The translations under genes and the position numbers were made by a program. A DNA stretch of 64,000 nucleotides from assembly GCF_009914755.1 (NCBI RefSeq), contig NC_060931.1. One strand, given 5' to 3'. Under the pieces are notes generated by a model, which saw only the letters and a list, made by a program, of their open reading frames with translations, made no database searches and was not told where the DNA came from. Every line of letters begins with the position of its first letter. The stretch's first letter is position 1. Below, in pieces: positions 14,791 to 30,793 of this stretch. The DNA comes from the human T2T-CHM13v2.0 reference genome, Homo sapiens.

Positions 14791-15582
14791 AACTAAAAGT
14801 TAATACCCTTAACTCCAATTCTCACTGCCCTAGAAATGGCTCACCAATTTCTCCAAACCTGACCACTCTCAGGCATTAGTTCCATGTTACCAATGCCTGC
14901 TGGAATTCCAACTGAATGTTCTACAGTCTGCAAAGTTCACATATCCAAAACCCAACTCACCATCTTGGCTACAAGGTTGGTCTTTTTTGTGTGTTTTCCT
15001 TCTTCCTCTTAATGACACCACCATCCTACAAGTACCCATTCACCCTGTAACTGATCTTTTGCATCTAATCCTTCCCAACCATTTCTATGAACCCACCATA
15101 TTTGTGTCATTAATATCTCTTGCCTGTATCACAGCAGTAATGATGCAGTCATTTTTAGTATCTTCCTTCCACAGTTCTTTCTTGATGCTTCTGCCACATT
15201 ATTCTTAAAGTAGGAATTTGATAGTTACTCTCCCACTTAAATATTAATACTTTGACTGTTTTGTCACTGTCTAATCTTAGCTCGTATATGTTCTTCTATA
15301 GTCTTGCCCAAATATATCCTCCCAGGTTTATATTTCTGAGGTATTCTCTGAGCATTTCCCCCCAATCCTCATGCCCATTTTGTTTCCTGAGAGCCTCTTG
15401 TTATTATTCACTATCTTGAAAATGTCTTCCTTTCAGCTGCTACACAAACTGCTTATGCCCATATATGTTATTCAGGACCGAGAGTATCTTTTAAAATTTT
15501 AAACAGTTATTTAAATGCAGACAGTGAGACATGCCCTTTTCTATACATCAACAAAGTCATTCAATGTAGAGACGCTTCGGAG

Positions 15583-15840
15583 TGTAGCATAGAGTTGTGG
15601 ATAAACTCACAGGCTCTGGATCAGATTGCTTTTATTCAAATTTCATTTTTACTACTCACTTGGGTTTTTAAATCTGTGACTCGATTTTATTATCTGTAAA
15701 ATGGGGACAATAATATAATCAAACATTCAGTGTTTTTCTGAGGTTTAAATGAATTAATACATGGCTATAGTCAGCACTAAGTACAGACTCAGTACCAGAA
15801 AGGAATAGGTAATCAATAAATGTAGCTGTTATTATTATTA
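15583..15840 (+). mobile_element. MIR
   Basis: atctgtaaaatggggacaataat core; tcaataaatgtagctgttattattatta end. Confidence 0.7.
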
Positions 15841-16489
15841 TATTCTAGTGAGGGAAATCAGACAGGAAACAAGCAGTTACATAAACAAGTGGGTGTCAAA
15901 CAGGAACAAATGTAATGAGGGAATACAAAACCAAGTGAAGTGATTGACAGGAATTCTGGATAAGAAGGCAATTAGATTGGATGGTCAGGGAAGACATCTC
16001 TGAACAGATAACATTGGAACACTAAGCTAAATTACCAAATATACCCAGTCCCCCAAAGATCCAAAGTCATGGTCTTCCAAGCAGAAGGAATTGCAAAGTG
16101 GTGTCATTGAACAACATGAAGGCCAGTGTGCCTGGAACTTTGCTGAGAAATGGGAACAGAGTCAAGAAATTAGATCAGAAAGATGGGCAATCAACCTGTC
16201 ATGTAGGCCGTTGCTGGTAACTGTTATGCTTTTATTATGCTTTTATTCTGAGGAGAAATGAAAGCCATCAGAATATTTTAAGAAAGGGCGTGGCATGATC
16301 ATACTGACTGCTGTGCAGAGGGCAAGAATGGAAGAAGGAAAACCAGCCAGGAGGTCACTGCAGTCAGCCAGGCTAGAGAAAATGACACTCGTCCTCTTTT
16401 ATAAGCTGGCAACATGTCTTTTTTACTTTAGAAGTACACTTATTTGATTATGAATAAGGTTGAATATGTTTTTGCCCATTTATTTGTCT

Positions 16490-16650
16490 TTTTTTTTTTC
16501 TTTTCTGGTAAGAACACTCAACATGAGATCTACTGTCTTAATACATTTTTAAGTACACAGTACTATATTGTTAACTATAGACATGTTATATAGCAGATCT
16601 ATAGAACTTACTCATCTTGCATAACTGAAACTTTACATCCATTGGACAAC
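16490..16650 (-). mobile_element. L1MA/L1MB 3'-end fragment
   Basis: gtaagaacactcaacatgagatctac...ttgttaactatag...gcagatct...cataactgaaacttta. Confidence 0.75.
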
Positions 16651-19600
16651 TTCATTGCCTTTTACAAACCAACTCAAAAAAATACCTTTTTTGTTTTAGA
16701 GGCTCTCCTGATGCTCCTTTAAATCATCATGCATCTGTACTTTCCTTTTGGCACTGGATGCATAATAACTCCTTTGGGTGCACTTCTTCCTAAGTATCCT
16801 GTAAGCTCCTTGTAGGCAGGATTTATATGATATGGACTTCCGTGTCTCCAATTTTGTGTTCTAACTGTCTTCTGGAGAAAGTAATTTTGTGTACTTGTTT
16901 AGAATCAGGTACCAAAAAGTTATAAAAATTCACAGTAAAATATTTGCACTGCATTGATATATTTATTTCAATATTTATTTGAAAATTAAATGTTGTGGAG
17001 ATAAAAAGACATACTTTTTGAGGTTAAAAAAGAACAAATTAAGTATTAATTTCAAAAATCAGAGTTAAAAGCACACATTATTGAAGCTGAAAGTGTTGAA
17101 AATCAAATTAAGTAGCTCAGCTAATGCTATATTGTTCAGAAAATAAGGTAGAGAATATTTAGCTTTCTACATTTCTCTACCAATAAGGTAGAGAAAATAA
17201 AATAAATATATGCTCTATTTAAAAGAGTGAGTTGTAAACCAATATACTCTATTTTGCAACATTTATGCAAAATGAATATGAGCAATTGTAGAGAGATTTG
17301 CTGTGGCTTCAGAAAAAAGCAACCAGTTCCTTACTTTACAATAGAATGGTTTCATATGCAAGCTCTTTAAATTTTTATATGTTGGTTCATTAAATGTTTT
17401 AGCACAACAGGAAGGATTCATGTCTATAAAGTAAGATCTTCTTAATGAGAGATAAAAGTGCATTTTTGCATGAAGAAATTGAAAACTACGTTAAAAAGAT
17501 GAGATGTTTTTCTATTTAAAAATGTTTCTTAAATTTTTTGCTGAAGAACATCAGCCTAATATTGGTAAACACATGATGTGTTTAGCAGTCTAGAAAAGTT
17601 TTTTATGAAATGATTTTATTTGAGAAATTTTTAGACTCAGTTATCCATATATAGGTACATCTATGTAAATGCCACACATAAATATAATTACAAGTTTATA
17701 AAAATCAAAGATGTACAAAGACTGGCAGACAATTCTGATAAGATAGTGAGGCAACAGGTTATTTTTCTTAATTCTCTAATTTTTATACAAAAAATAAAAT
17801 TTAAAATAAACATTTTTTCACTTGGTTGACTACTTACATCTCTAAGTCCCTTCATTATTCTTTAAAGAACAAAATCCGTTATAGAGATCCCTCTATATTC
17901 TACTGTAATCTGCAATCATATTCATGGTATTGTGAAGAATAAAAAACATAGTGAGAAAGGTTGGAAGTCAAGCCTTGTATAATGTTCTTATCCACTGTAA
18001 CTTAACAAGAGCAAGTATAAAGGAAAACTACATTTAAAACTTCAATTTCTGTGGAGAAGACATTTGACAACTTTAATAATATGTACTTAATTGGCCTGCT
18101 AGGACACAGGATAGTCAATACATAAACGTAATTTGAGATTACAGTCTAAAATCCTGAAGACAACACATTTCAGCTGCTTGCTCTGAGTGAGTTCTCTGAT
18201 TATTACCAAAAGCCCTTCATCCAATTTACTTGGCAATTGGCATTTGCTATCTCCTATTATGGGTATGGAAATTTTACTGGACTGCTTTCCTCTCATACTG
18301 ATAAATGTTATCCTCCCTACCCCATTACCTTCTTTTTCTGGAAAATTTCTGGAGCATAAGCAGTAAGATCAAATATATTTATCCTTTGTTGAGGGTTGAA
18401 GGAAAGTTGTAGTTTCCCAAAGTTTAGTTGATCATCATATTTGAAGTTTTCTGTAAAGTGTATTACATGGTGAGGCCTTATCTTGCTGATAGGAAGAAAA
18501 GTTTTGTAGAGGAAATTCCTTAATAAATTATAACAACCTTGGTATTTTCTGTGGACTTCCTTGTAAGAATTTCCTTAGACGAAAAGAGAGCATAACCTAT
18601 CTAGTGTAGTTCTTTAAATGTTAAATTTTGGTCCCAACGGCCATTTCTTCTTTCATAGAAGAAAATAAAAAATATTTTCTACCTGCTAAAGTCACAGAGG
18701 AACTGCATGAAATGAGTGTGTATACAGTAACGGTGCGTTGCTCCATTTCCTTTCTTTGGATTCATCATCCTGTTCTTTTTTGCTGCCGCCTCTTTCTTGC
18801 CTACCATTTGCTTTAGAAATTTTTGGGGGCTATCCACAGGGGCTTTTTTACTAATTTGATTCTTGCTTTCTGGTGATCTATTCATTCCATAATTTCACCA
18901 AGAAGCGCTAAAGACACTTTCAATTCAATATGCCTAAACTGTGAACTATGATTTTCTACTAGTTATTCTCTGTATATTTCCCACTATGAATGCAGTCATC
19001 CAGACCAGAATCCTTGGAACTGTCTCTTCCTCTCCCTCCATTTCACGCTCTCCTCTTACTCGTCATTATATTTATTCTCTAAATATCACTCTTTCATCTC
19101 TCCATCATTATTGCATTACTGAGGTCGCTTGCCCTTTCTGGCTTGACTATTTTGAATCATAACTGATCAGTCTGCTGGTAATAGAAGAGCTTTTCAATTC
19201 TACAAAGAGCTTTTTCACAGTCAGCAAAGTGATCTGTCTGCCTAAAGCATAAATCTAAATGTCATTTTCCTGCTGAAAAGTCCTTGATGGCTGCCCGTTG
19301 CAAACTGCTTTTCATGGTACATGAGTCCTTAATCATCTGACTCCTAACGCCAAGCTCTATCTTCCTGAGTTTATTACCAACTTTCCTCCCCCAATATATC
19401 TTGCACCAAGCCTTATAGTGGGGACAATCTAATCACAGCCCCACCACACAGGGCAATCTACGCAAATACAAATTCCAGGAGCACATTTGAATAGCCTAGC
19501 TCTGATCATTTGTTCAGCCTGCAGAGTGAATGTAATGTCTTCTAACTGAATCAAATGATGAAGATGTAATTCCAGTAAAGGGTACTGGAAGCTCTTACAG

Positions 19601-19674
19601 AGAAAAAATGGATAGGCAATCCAAAGCAAACGAAACAAATAAAAATTTAAATATATATATATGTCCACTATACC

Positions 19675-19882
19675 ATAGGCCATTAAATATTTTCTGTAAA
19701 TAGTTTAGGCTTTTTGATCCATACAATCTTTGTTTCAGTTATTCAACTTTCCATTGCAGCACAGAAGGAGCCATACATAATACATAAAGAAATGGATGAA
19801 GTTATGTGTCAGTAAAATTTCATTTGCACAAACAGGTGATGGGTGAGGTTTGCCCTGTGAGTTGTAGCTTTACAATTCTTGC
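19675..19882 (+). mobile_element. MER58A-like hAT DNA transposon
   Basis: ttttctgtaaa...ttaggcttt...tcaactttccattgcagcacagaaggagccata...gttgtagcttt. Confidence 0.6.
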
Positions 19883-22800
19883 AATATCCCATAGCATTAT
19901 GACTTCAAAGCATTATACCTATGGATAAATTAAAATATTGTTATATGTTTAATAAGTTATGATGGGAAACAGAAAAAGTTATATAAAACTGTTTGATATC
20001 TTTCAAATGAATATAGGAATTAGATGGTCTCTATGAACAGAAAGGGACAACTAGAAGGAGAAATTAAGCTGAAAAAAATGAGATGAAAAGACAATTAAAA
20101 GGGGTAAAAAAATAAAGATGGGGTAAGAAGTATTTCAAGATGCCGAAATTTTAATGATAGACTTATTGTCTACTTTTTAAACAAAACAACAAAACATAAC
20201 AATGGCCGAATCTTCAGCCACAGAAGAAAATCTGCAAATAATTCTTCTAGTAGGTAATAGAAAAATATAAAGGAAAGCTACAACATACAGGAACTAGAGA
20301 GTGAACTTGAAAACATTTCTGCCTCTGAGAAAGAAATCAGAATAATTTTCTTAGAAATAACATTTAGACCTTAAAAATAAATAAGCAAAAACTGAAGAAT
20401 CTGAAAATCATGGGAAGAAAATGCACTATAATGTTTTTAGTTTTAGAAATACAATCTTAGAAAATAGGTTAAAATGAAAAAGTCAAAGAAGATATATTGT
20501 TTTAAAATGAAAAAAATGAAGAAACATATGGCAAAAAGTACAAGAATAATTATAAAGGGAATATTATGTAGTCATGAAATAAGAAAATACTTTTTAAAAG
20601 TCATGTGGAAATGGTATACTATATTTTTCAATTAAGAATCCCCAAATATAAAAATTTTGTATATTAAATTTCAACTACTTAAAAATTTACCAAACGAAAT
20701 AGAACAAAAAGATTTATGCTTAATGTTGGCATGTTGCTTTGGACTTCCAATGTGGGTGTTTTATTTCTGATTTCTTTCTTTTTTTGAATTTTTAAGGAAA
20801 CACAAGTAAAAAACAGAAATCAAAACTAACAATATACATATGTATTTTCAATCGGGTAATCAAATAATTGAGTGTCAAATGATCTAAAGTTTTGGAAACT
20901 AGGGAAAAAATGAATTTTAGATCCCATTTTCAAAAACGAATGTGAAATAATGAGGAAAAGTGAAAGATAATTGGAAGAAACAGGAATTTTCAGATGATTA
21001 AAGATTTTCTTAAGTTCTATATTCCTTTACTTAATTATATTCTAACATATGTAATTTCCATTATAATAAGTAAACATACAGGGCAGGAGATAAGAGAAGT
21101 CTGTGAGGTGAAAATACATGTTATACCTCCTACCACTCTTTTTGTCTTCAATATAACACTAAAGGATATACTACAAAGTTGCATAAAAAATAATTTTACT
21201 CAGAACCTGAAAAATTTGAGTCAGCACTTCAAAGCTCTGACAGTGTTTCCTTGCATAATTTAATTGAGAATTTCATATTGAGTCCAACTGAATAGCATCC
21301 TCTTGGCCTAGAATTATATCCGTATCTAACTTCTGCTCAGGAATTAATGATCATTAGTGATGTCTTTCAGACCAGATGTAAAGGCAAATGAAAAATCTCT
21401 TCTTTTCTACACATAGACTTCCTTCTCTCCCCCCTGCCTCTTTTGTATCAGGCAACATGATATAAGGATTTAATTCAGGTCAATCTCTTACTAATCCACA
21501 GCGTGAAGCAGAAAGCAGTATTGCTAAGGGGTCTGTACCAGTATTTAAGCTTGCTTAACTTTCCAGTAAGCTTTAATATCATCGCCTAAGACCTAAGAAT
21601 CAATAATGAGGGGCTCATCTTCATAAAGTCACTTGAAAAATAAGTCTTTTTGCCAGTGAGGCATTTTTCAGCAGCCCTCCCACCCACTCTACTATCCTAC
21701 AAAAGCATATGTGCCATGTTTGCCTTCTTTGAAATAGAAGCAAATTCTTTATGTCAGAGCATTGTGCATGAGAAGTTCACTTTTTTCCAACTGAGCTATA
21801 TTTAGGGACAAAAACACACAGATGGAATAGAAACAGGATTTCATTTTTCTAAGTATGCAGAACAATGAAATAAATTATATACTTTATAAATACTATCATT
21901 GGCTTTTGGAGTTTTTGTCCTCTAGAACAATTTGAAGTATGCATAACATAGGCTGCATGGTATTCTATCTAGAAGTTAGAGGACTTAGAGGTGAGTTGTT
22001 TTTTAAATATATTATATTTTAACAGAACGTCACAGGGGTTTTTGTTTGTCTTTAACCGAGTTTTATAAAAGATTTGAGAGAGATCTTTCTGTTTCAAAAA
22101 ATTACAGCATTCTAAGTGAAATTAGCATCCCAAAATTAAAAACATACATTTGTACACATATACAAACATGTGTGCACACATACACACACAAGCATGCACA
22201 TAATTCTTGTCATTTTAGAGAGAAAAAATAATATTAAAATATAAAGAGTTACAGTAATATTCTTATAACCCCGAGCTCTACCCCTACTGGTATCAGCAAG
22301 CCATTTATGATTTATGATAGGATAGTGTCAAAAGATGATGGTATCCTATTTGTAGGAAATCACACAATTAAATTGATGTTTTACAAATAACAGATGGCCT
22401 TTAGTCACTTTCCCGGGAATGACATGACGAAAACAAACTTCAAAATCTAGTACGATTTGTAGGTCGCATTCATTATGTTGTATTAGTCCCTAGTTTTATG
22501 TTTTACAATGTATGATTGAAATAAAGATATTTACTTATAATTCAAACATATATTATATTACAGAATAACTTGCATATATAATTTACAAATAAATATACAT
22601 ATGTCAGAGGGTTCTCTGCTCCCTTACGCTTCTGCTTCCTGAAAATGATAGAAAGCAAAAAAACTGAAAATAAGAGGTGAGTGTTCAATGAGCTGCTGGA
22701 GGAAGAGGCCCTGGGAAATGTGATATTTGGGAAAAGACAGGAGCAAAAATATGGGATCAAGGAAGATCCAAGCGAGGAGTCAGCAAACAACTAAGCAAAA

Positions 22801-24316
22801 ATTCATCAACTTCAATATTATATATAAAGTCAACAAATCAATTATTTTAAAATGAAGTTTTAATCATTATAAATTGTAATGCTCCCAATTATGCTTAAGC
22901 TGTTTCCTGTAACTGTGCTAAAACATGTATTTTTGGTACTTCTTTGAAATTAAATTAGCCATATATATATATATATATATTTGGATCAGTAATGATCTAT
23001 ACTACAAAAGTGTAACGATGTAGACACTTAGGAAGCATTGATTAATCTTCATCGTCTCGTGTGTTCTAGGCTTTGAATCATATGAGTTTCATGTGTATAT
23101 TGCTTTAATATATATTTGTATATAATTCTAGACCCTTTCTACTGATATATATTTCTATATTTGTATTCTTGTGACAAAATTTACTGTTTTACCTAAAATC
23201 ATATCCATTAAATTTTAATATCTGGTAAGAAATGTCCATCCACTTTAAAAAAAAAGGATACTGGCATTTCTTTTGTATGTACTCCGCACATAAACTTCAA
23301 AATAATTTTGTACAGCTCTCGACAGAAATCCATTGCTATTGTAATTGCAATTGCATCACACTTTCATATTAATTTGAAAAGAATTTTTATTTTTCTAATA
23401 TTAAAATTTCCATCCAGAATACAGCATATTTTGCTATTTACTTTATGCAGTCTTTGTTTGATGTTTTCAATAAAATGTGTGTTTTTTTTTCATTTAGGTC
23501 TTCCTTTTCTCTTGTAAGATTATCTCTAAGTATTTCACATGTTTATTACTATTGTTATTTTATAGATAATGGGAAAAGTAATTTTTCTTTTCTATGTTTA
23601 CACAGTTACTTCAAAATAACAACTATTAATTTGTATATTTATCTTACACCCAGGTACTTATCAAACTTTCTCATTAATGTTAATGTTTTTTATACTATGT
23701 TAGGTTTTGTACAGTCATTTTTCTATACTATGTTAGTCATTTACTATCCTATGTTAGGTCTTGTACAATCATTATATCTGTAATAAGGTTTAAAGTGTAT
23801 ACTAAAATAGCACTGTGGAATTTCCACTAAAGTATTTAAATGTGAATAACAATTTTAATGTGTGGCAGGTAATTTTTTTTCATTTCTGATTTGACTTGAA
23901 TGTCTGAAAAATCCCTAAAAGCAGACAACTAATAGATAACATTATTTGGGGAAACACTATGGTTAAACTCCCCAGACATCCTGGGAATTCTCATATTTGA
24001 AACTTTATGCCAATCAAAACAATTCATTGACTAGTGAAATATATATGTGTATATCCCCCAAATATGTATTTTATGTTTATTTTCTTACCTTCTGTCCTCT
24101 AACAGAAATACAAAAGTTTGCTTTCAAATTTATCTGGTATCATATTTCATAATGCTGTTGTTAATTATGGATAACACATTTAAGCCATGTGTTATTTATG
24201 ACAATCTAATTTCCACATCACTCATTTTGCTTTCTTAATTTTAATTTTCTTTCCTTCCCTCCCTCCCTCTTTCCTTCTTTCCTTCCTGCCTTCTTTGCTT
24301 TCTTTCTGCCTCTCTC

Positions 24317-24622
24317 TTTTTTTTTTTTTTTTTTTTTTCAGACAGGGTCGTGTTCTGTAACCCACGCTGGAGTGCAGTGGCACAATCTTGGCTCACTGTA
24401 GCCTTGACCTCCTAGGTTTAAGTAATCCTCCCACCTCAGCCTCCTGAGTAACTGGGACTACAGATGCACATCACCATGTCTGACTAATTTTTTTAATATT
24501 CTTGTAGAGACAGAACCTCACTATGTTGTCCAGGATGGTCTCAAACTTCTGGCCTTAAGCAATCCTCCCACCTCGGCCTCCTAAAGTATTGGGATTACAG
24601 GCTTGTGCCACTGTGCCCAGTC
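24317..24622 (-). mobile_element. AluJ preceded by a (CCTT)n/CT-rich tract
   Basis: Antisense dimer; gcctt-gacctcctaggtttaagtaatcctcccacc. Confidence 0.9.
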
Positions 24623-25128
24623 TTGATTTTCATTTTCTAATAAGAGATGCTTGTGGAATTTCATACTCATTAGCATGCTAAATTAATTTCTAAATAAAAA
24701 TCTGACATCATTCTCAGCCAGACATCACTCCCATTAATGGCCTTGGAAAATAACTATTTTAGTCTTATTTAATGTTTGACTTAATTAATACAGAGTCATC
24801 TAGTTGCATTTAATTTAGGATATCGCTTAAGAGATTAATAATATTTTAAATAACTTGTCAGAGAAAATTTCTCAGCCATCTCGAATTTCACTTTAAAAAA
24901 TCTGAAATATAGACATTGTGAGCAACATGAAGATAGAAAGTCAAGGCAGGGCAAAGGCACTGATCAGAATTAATGCACAGTAGGATTGCAAGTTGTATAG
25001 GATTCACCTAACCATCTTTGTTCCATTAAGACAGAAGAGAGCATGATTATTAGCACTAATTTTATCTTCTTACTACTATCATACATTTATCTGGTACTTA
25101 TTAACTTTTGATAGAAATAAATACGCAA

Positions 25129-25413
25129 TTTGGGAGGCCGAGGTGGGAGGATCACTTGAGGTCAAGAGTTCAAGACCAGCCTGGCCAACATGGTGAAACC
25201 CCATCTCCACTAAAAATACAAAAAAATACCCAGGCATGGTGGTACATGTCTGTAATCCTAGATACTCGGGAGGCTGAGGCAGGAGAATTGCTTGAACATG
25301 GGGAGCGTAGGTTGCAGTGAGCTGAGATTACATCATCGCACTCTAGCCTGGGCGACAGAGTGAGACGCTATCTCCAAAAAACAAAACAAAAAAAGAAAAA
25401 ACAAAAAAAAAAA
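25129..25413 (+). mobile_element. AluS, 5'-truncated
   Basis: Starts at tttgggaggccgagg; degenerate TSD agaaataaatacgcaa/agaaagaaatatgcaa. Confidence 0.9.
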
Positions 25414-25823
25414 GAGAAAGAAATATGCAAATAAAAATTGTACAAAACATGTGTCTGAAGAATGCTCACAAATTGAGGACACCTGTGTCACTATTATTTA
25501 GGTGATTTGAACAATATTGTCATTTTTTAATGAAATACTTTTAACACACATGAGATTAGAACTGAAAAATGTGAACATACTTTTATGCTGTTAATTGGTA
25601 AAGTTGGTATCTAACTGATGATTCAGATGATCTTTTTAAATTATTTATTTTTGCAAATCAAAAATGACACCATGCAGATATATTAGATACATTCATATTT
25701 TTTAGAAAACAGTACTCTATAAAGGTGGGCTACTAAACATTTTAGCAAGTAATTTAAAAATCATTTTTTCCTGCCTATTTATCTATTTAGTATATGTATT
25801 TTGGTTTAAAGTTGAGAATTTAG

Positions 25824-26123
<300 letters not shown>

Positions 26124-27129
26124 TTACCAACTTTTATGATTAAAATCACCAAGAAAGAATCACTGTTTTAGCTGCAAGAATACTTAGTAAAAGCATACGG
26201 ATTGGCACAAATAAGTGCTTTATCTTCCAGTGGAGAAACTTCTTTAGCACTGATGTTCTTTTTATTTGTAATGACTTAATATGTAAATCATAAGGATTTT
26301 GATTTATAATGATTTTTAGACTACATCACATTCTAAATCATATTACTTCAAAACCACATTAGTAAAATATTAATGCTCATTTAATAAACCTATTAAATCA
26401 TGTATAACAAGAATAAAAATGTATCTTATTAGAAAGTAATTTTTTTATTCTCAGAGTTTTCATCAATCTTCTTAAATAAATATGCCTATGGTATAAATTC
26501 ACTTATTCCTTAGATCACATTCCTCAGTGTCATCCTAAAGCAGTCAACTGTATTGTTTATTGACAGCAAAAGAAATAAGCATATTTTGGGTTTTTTCTCT
26601 CATACTAATAGTTCCTATGCATATTGACACAATTTGTTTTTTGCTTAATGATTATCATACACAAAGCTACACAAAGCTAGATCAAATTGGCACAATATAG
26701 GAAGAATTTTGTTATATGAGAAGACATTACAGAATGAGAGAGTTTAGGTCTGCATGTGATTAGACAGAAAAATCCAGTTCACTTGTTTTGATTATTGAAG
26801 CTCAAGATTACACTATTAATTAGCAACCAAATTGTAGATTTTGCTACTGTAGCGCACACATTTAAAAATAACATAGAACAAGGCTCTTCTGTTCTTTCTT
26901 TGAGATAGGAAAACCCTTAAAATGTGGTTAACTGAACCAGGAGAGTGTAAGGCGCTGGCTTCACTATGTGCACTGAGATCACAGGAAGAAGGTGCAGAAA
27001 TCCAGGAGGAGAGGAGTCGAGCACTTGAGACCAGCCTAGAGGGAAGACTGCAGGAGTCTAGAGAAGCCCCTTGTCCTACAACAGTTCAAAAAGTTACGCT
27101 GCTGTCCATGGACATTTGGGTTGTGAAAC

Positions 27130-28130
<1,001 letters not shown>

Positions 28131-30614
28131 GAAGTTATGTTGCTGGATGTAATACTAGGTGTTTATACTGCCTCATAATTTCCTTCCTTCCTTCCTTTCT
28201 TCCTGTCTTTCTCTCTCTCTGTCTTTCTTCCTTTTTTTGTTAACTGAGAACTACTCTTTTCTAAGGACCAAAGTAAGTCTTTTACATACATTACTTAATC
28301 TAATGCTGACAAAGCATGTGCGAAGTATGGATAAGTGAATTGAAGCATAGAGGGCCTAAGAAACTTGTCCAAGGTAACAACGTTAGAAAGTGCCAGAAAC
28401 AAAATTTTAACCCTGGTGCATATGAGTTCAAAAGTTCCAGAACCCCTCAAAATATCGTGGATTCTATAGTGCTGTAGTCTATATTATTAAGTTAAAATTT
28501 TAAATTAGCATATAAAATATTAACACATATAACTTCAAATTTATAAAAGGTTTTCCAAAAGAACTGGAAAAAAAAGAATACATTTTGTTTAGATGTGGAA
28601 AATGAGTAGCTTGAAAGCAAAGCCAAACAACAACAAAAACAATGACAAAAAATCTGTATGTCGTAATCATGTTTTTCTAATTTGTTGAAGAGTAATACAT
28701 TTTAAAACTCTATGTACTGTTCCAGTCAGGCAAAGCTTACCACAAAATTAAAGTAACACATATTTAAGAACATTTAGGCATATTCTCACACTGCATAGTT
28801 ATCAGGAATAACATTAAATCAGTTGACATAAATTATTTTACTATTATTTTTTACAATGTGAATATATTTCATTTCAGAGTAAGTATTTCAATATGATGTT
28901 AAAGGTTATTTATATTGACAGCTTTTCTGCCTATTGTGTAGGATGTAACAATTTCTAACCACAAAACTTCCGTCACAAGGCTGACAATTTTCTCAAGGCT
29001 GAAATTTCCTGGTTTTAGAGTATGAGAAATTTTCAACTTAATTATTCCCTTGCTCCATACTTAGGAAATCATTCAAAATCCATCTCCTTTCCAAATCAAG
29101 GTTCCTAGGGTTTAAATTCCTCCAGCATAGATGTAGGTTTGACCCCTGCATTATCATTGTGAATTTCATATACATGCATATACCTGGCCCACCCTACTAT
29201 ACTATTTAATTAAAATCTTTTGGTGTAAGGAAAGGAGATATGCATTTTTATTATTTTCTCATGTGATTCTGATGCAGACAAAAGTTTGAGAAACAACATC
29301 TGTGTGTTGAAGGCCTTGAGACTGCAGACCTGAGATTTTGAATGTGTGATCACTAAACTGTAGGGAAGCCAAGGAGGGACATGGTAAGAAAGGTCTCTGG
29401 ATCCTGGGGAATCAGCTCATTTAGATTTAAAAATAATCAGAATAAATAACAGAGAAGGATAGAGAGACAGAGGTTGAGTTAAGAGTGGGCCAGAAAATAA
29501 GTTATATATTCTGGTTCTGCTCTTTCTAATCTGTGTGTTTTTAAGCAAGTTAGTTAACATTTTTATGATTAAAGTGAGGATATGGAAGTAACTAATTTAT
29601 AAAATTCTGTGTCTATATGTTTTAAATTCCTTGATGTATAACATTAACACTTACTAAATGTTTGTTAAATATTTCCACTAATATATATTCAGTCTTCCAT
29701 CCTTCAATCCATCCATGCAGATTTAACTAGTATCTGCATCCTAAAATGTGTGAAGTTCCGTGCTATGTTATCAAAAAACAATAATGAGAAAATCTAGACA
29801 TAACATTTCTTCCTTTAGAGATCTTAGACTCTTGGAAAGAATATAGATACTAGTCAAATAACCATACATATATTAAATAACATCTGTGATCATACATATA
29901 TTAAATAACATCTGTGATAAATCTAGAAAAGGAGAGGTGGATGGAGCCAAGGGCATATGTAATAAGATAATTTGGTAGGGAGAGGACAGTAAATGTTTTC
30001 CTGAGAAATCTAAAGGAAGAAGAGGAGTTAAGAGGGTGAAGGTGGGACTTTTTCAACAGGCAGCAGCATGTTCATGGGCCTTGGGGTTACTATAAATGCC
30101 TGTTTTGTTTGGGTGACCAGACAGGCTGAGTATTTTATCTTTAATTGTCTCTATATTTTACATTAGGACTTTTGATCAATATTTTATAGTGGAGAAAAGT
30201 GAGGCTTAGAAAAATTAACAATGTAAGCAAAGTCACATGTGATGTATCAAGTAATAGACCCAAAAGTGGAAATCCCATAAGTTCTGCTTCAAAATTTATG
30301 CTTATTTTCTCCATTTTGGCATAAATGGGTTTTAGGGTAGAAATGAAGCTAAAAGACTCTCCACAATTAGTAGAAGGAGAGTTAGACATCAAGGAAGAGT
30401 AAGAGCTATGAGATTGAGAGAGAGGAGAAAAGGAGAAAGAAATACTAGATTATGTCTGCTTAAATATCAGCATTTTGCTTTGGGCACAGATATACTCATT
30501 TATGGTGACGGATAAATAGATGCTATTGAGGCTCCTTATTTCCTACTTGGCTATGCTAGATAAGAATCCCTGTTAACATAAACTATGGTAACAGCGGAAT
30601 CTTTAATTCTATGT

Positions 30615-30793
30615 ATTGTTTCTCAACTGCCGCTATATTGTAGAATCACCTGATGAGCTTTTAGAAAAATATATCAATGTCAGGTCCATTCCAAGACAAT
30701 CTAATTGTTCTAGGTGAGGTGGGGTCTGGATATCAGTACTTTCTAGAACTTCCTCAGTAAATCTAATGTGTAGCCAAGGATAAAAACCAGTGC
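30615..30793. mobile_element. MER5A-like DNA transposon
   Basis: tttctcaact...agaatcacctgatgagctttt...tctaatgtgtagccaaggataaaaaccagtg. Confidence 0.65.
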
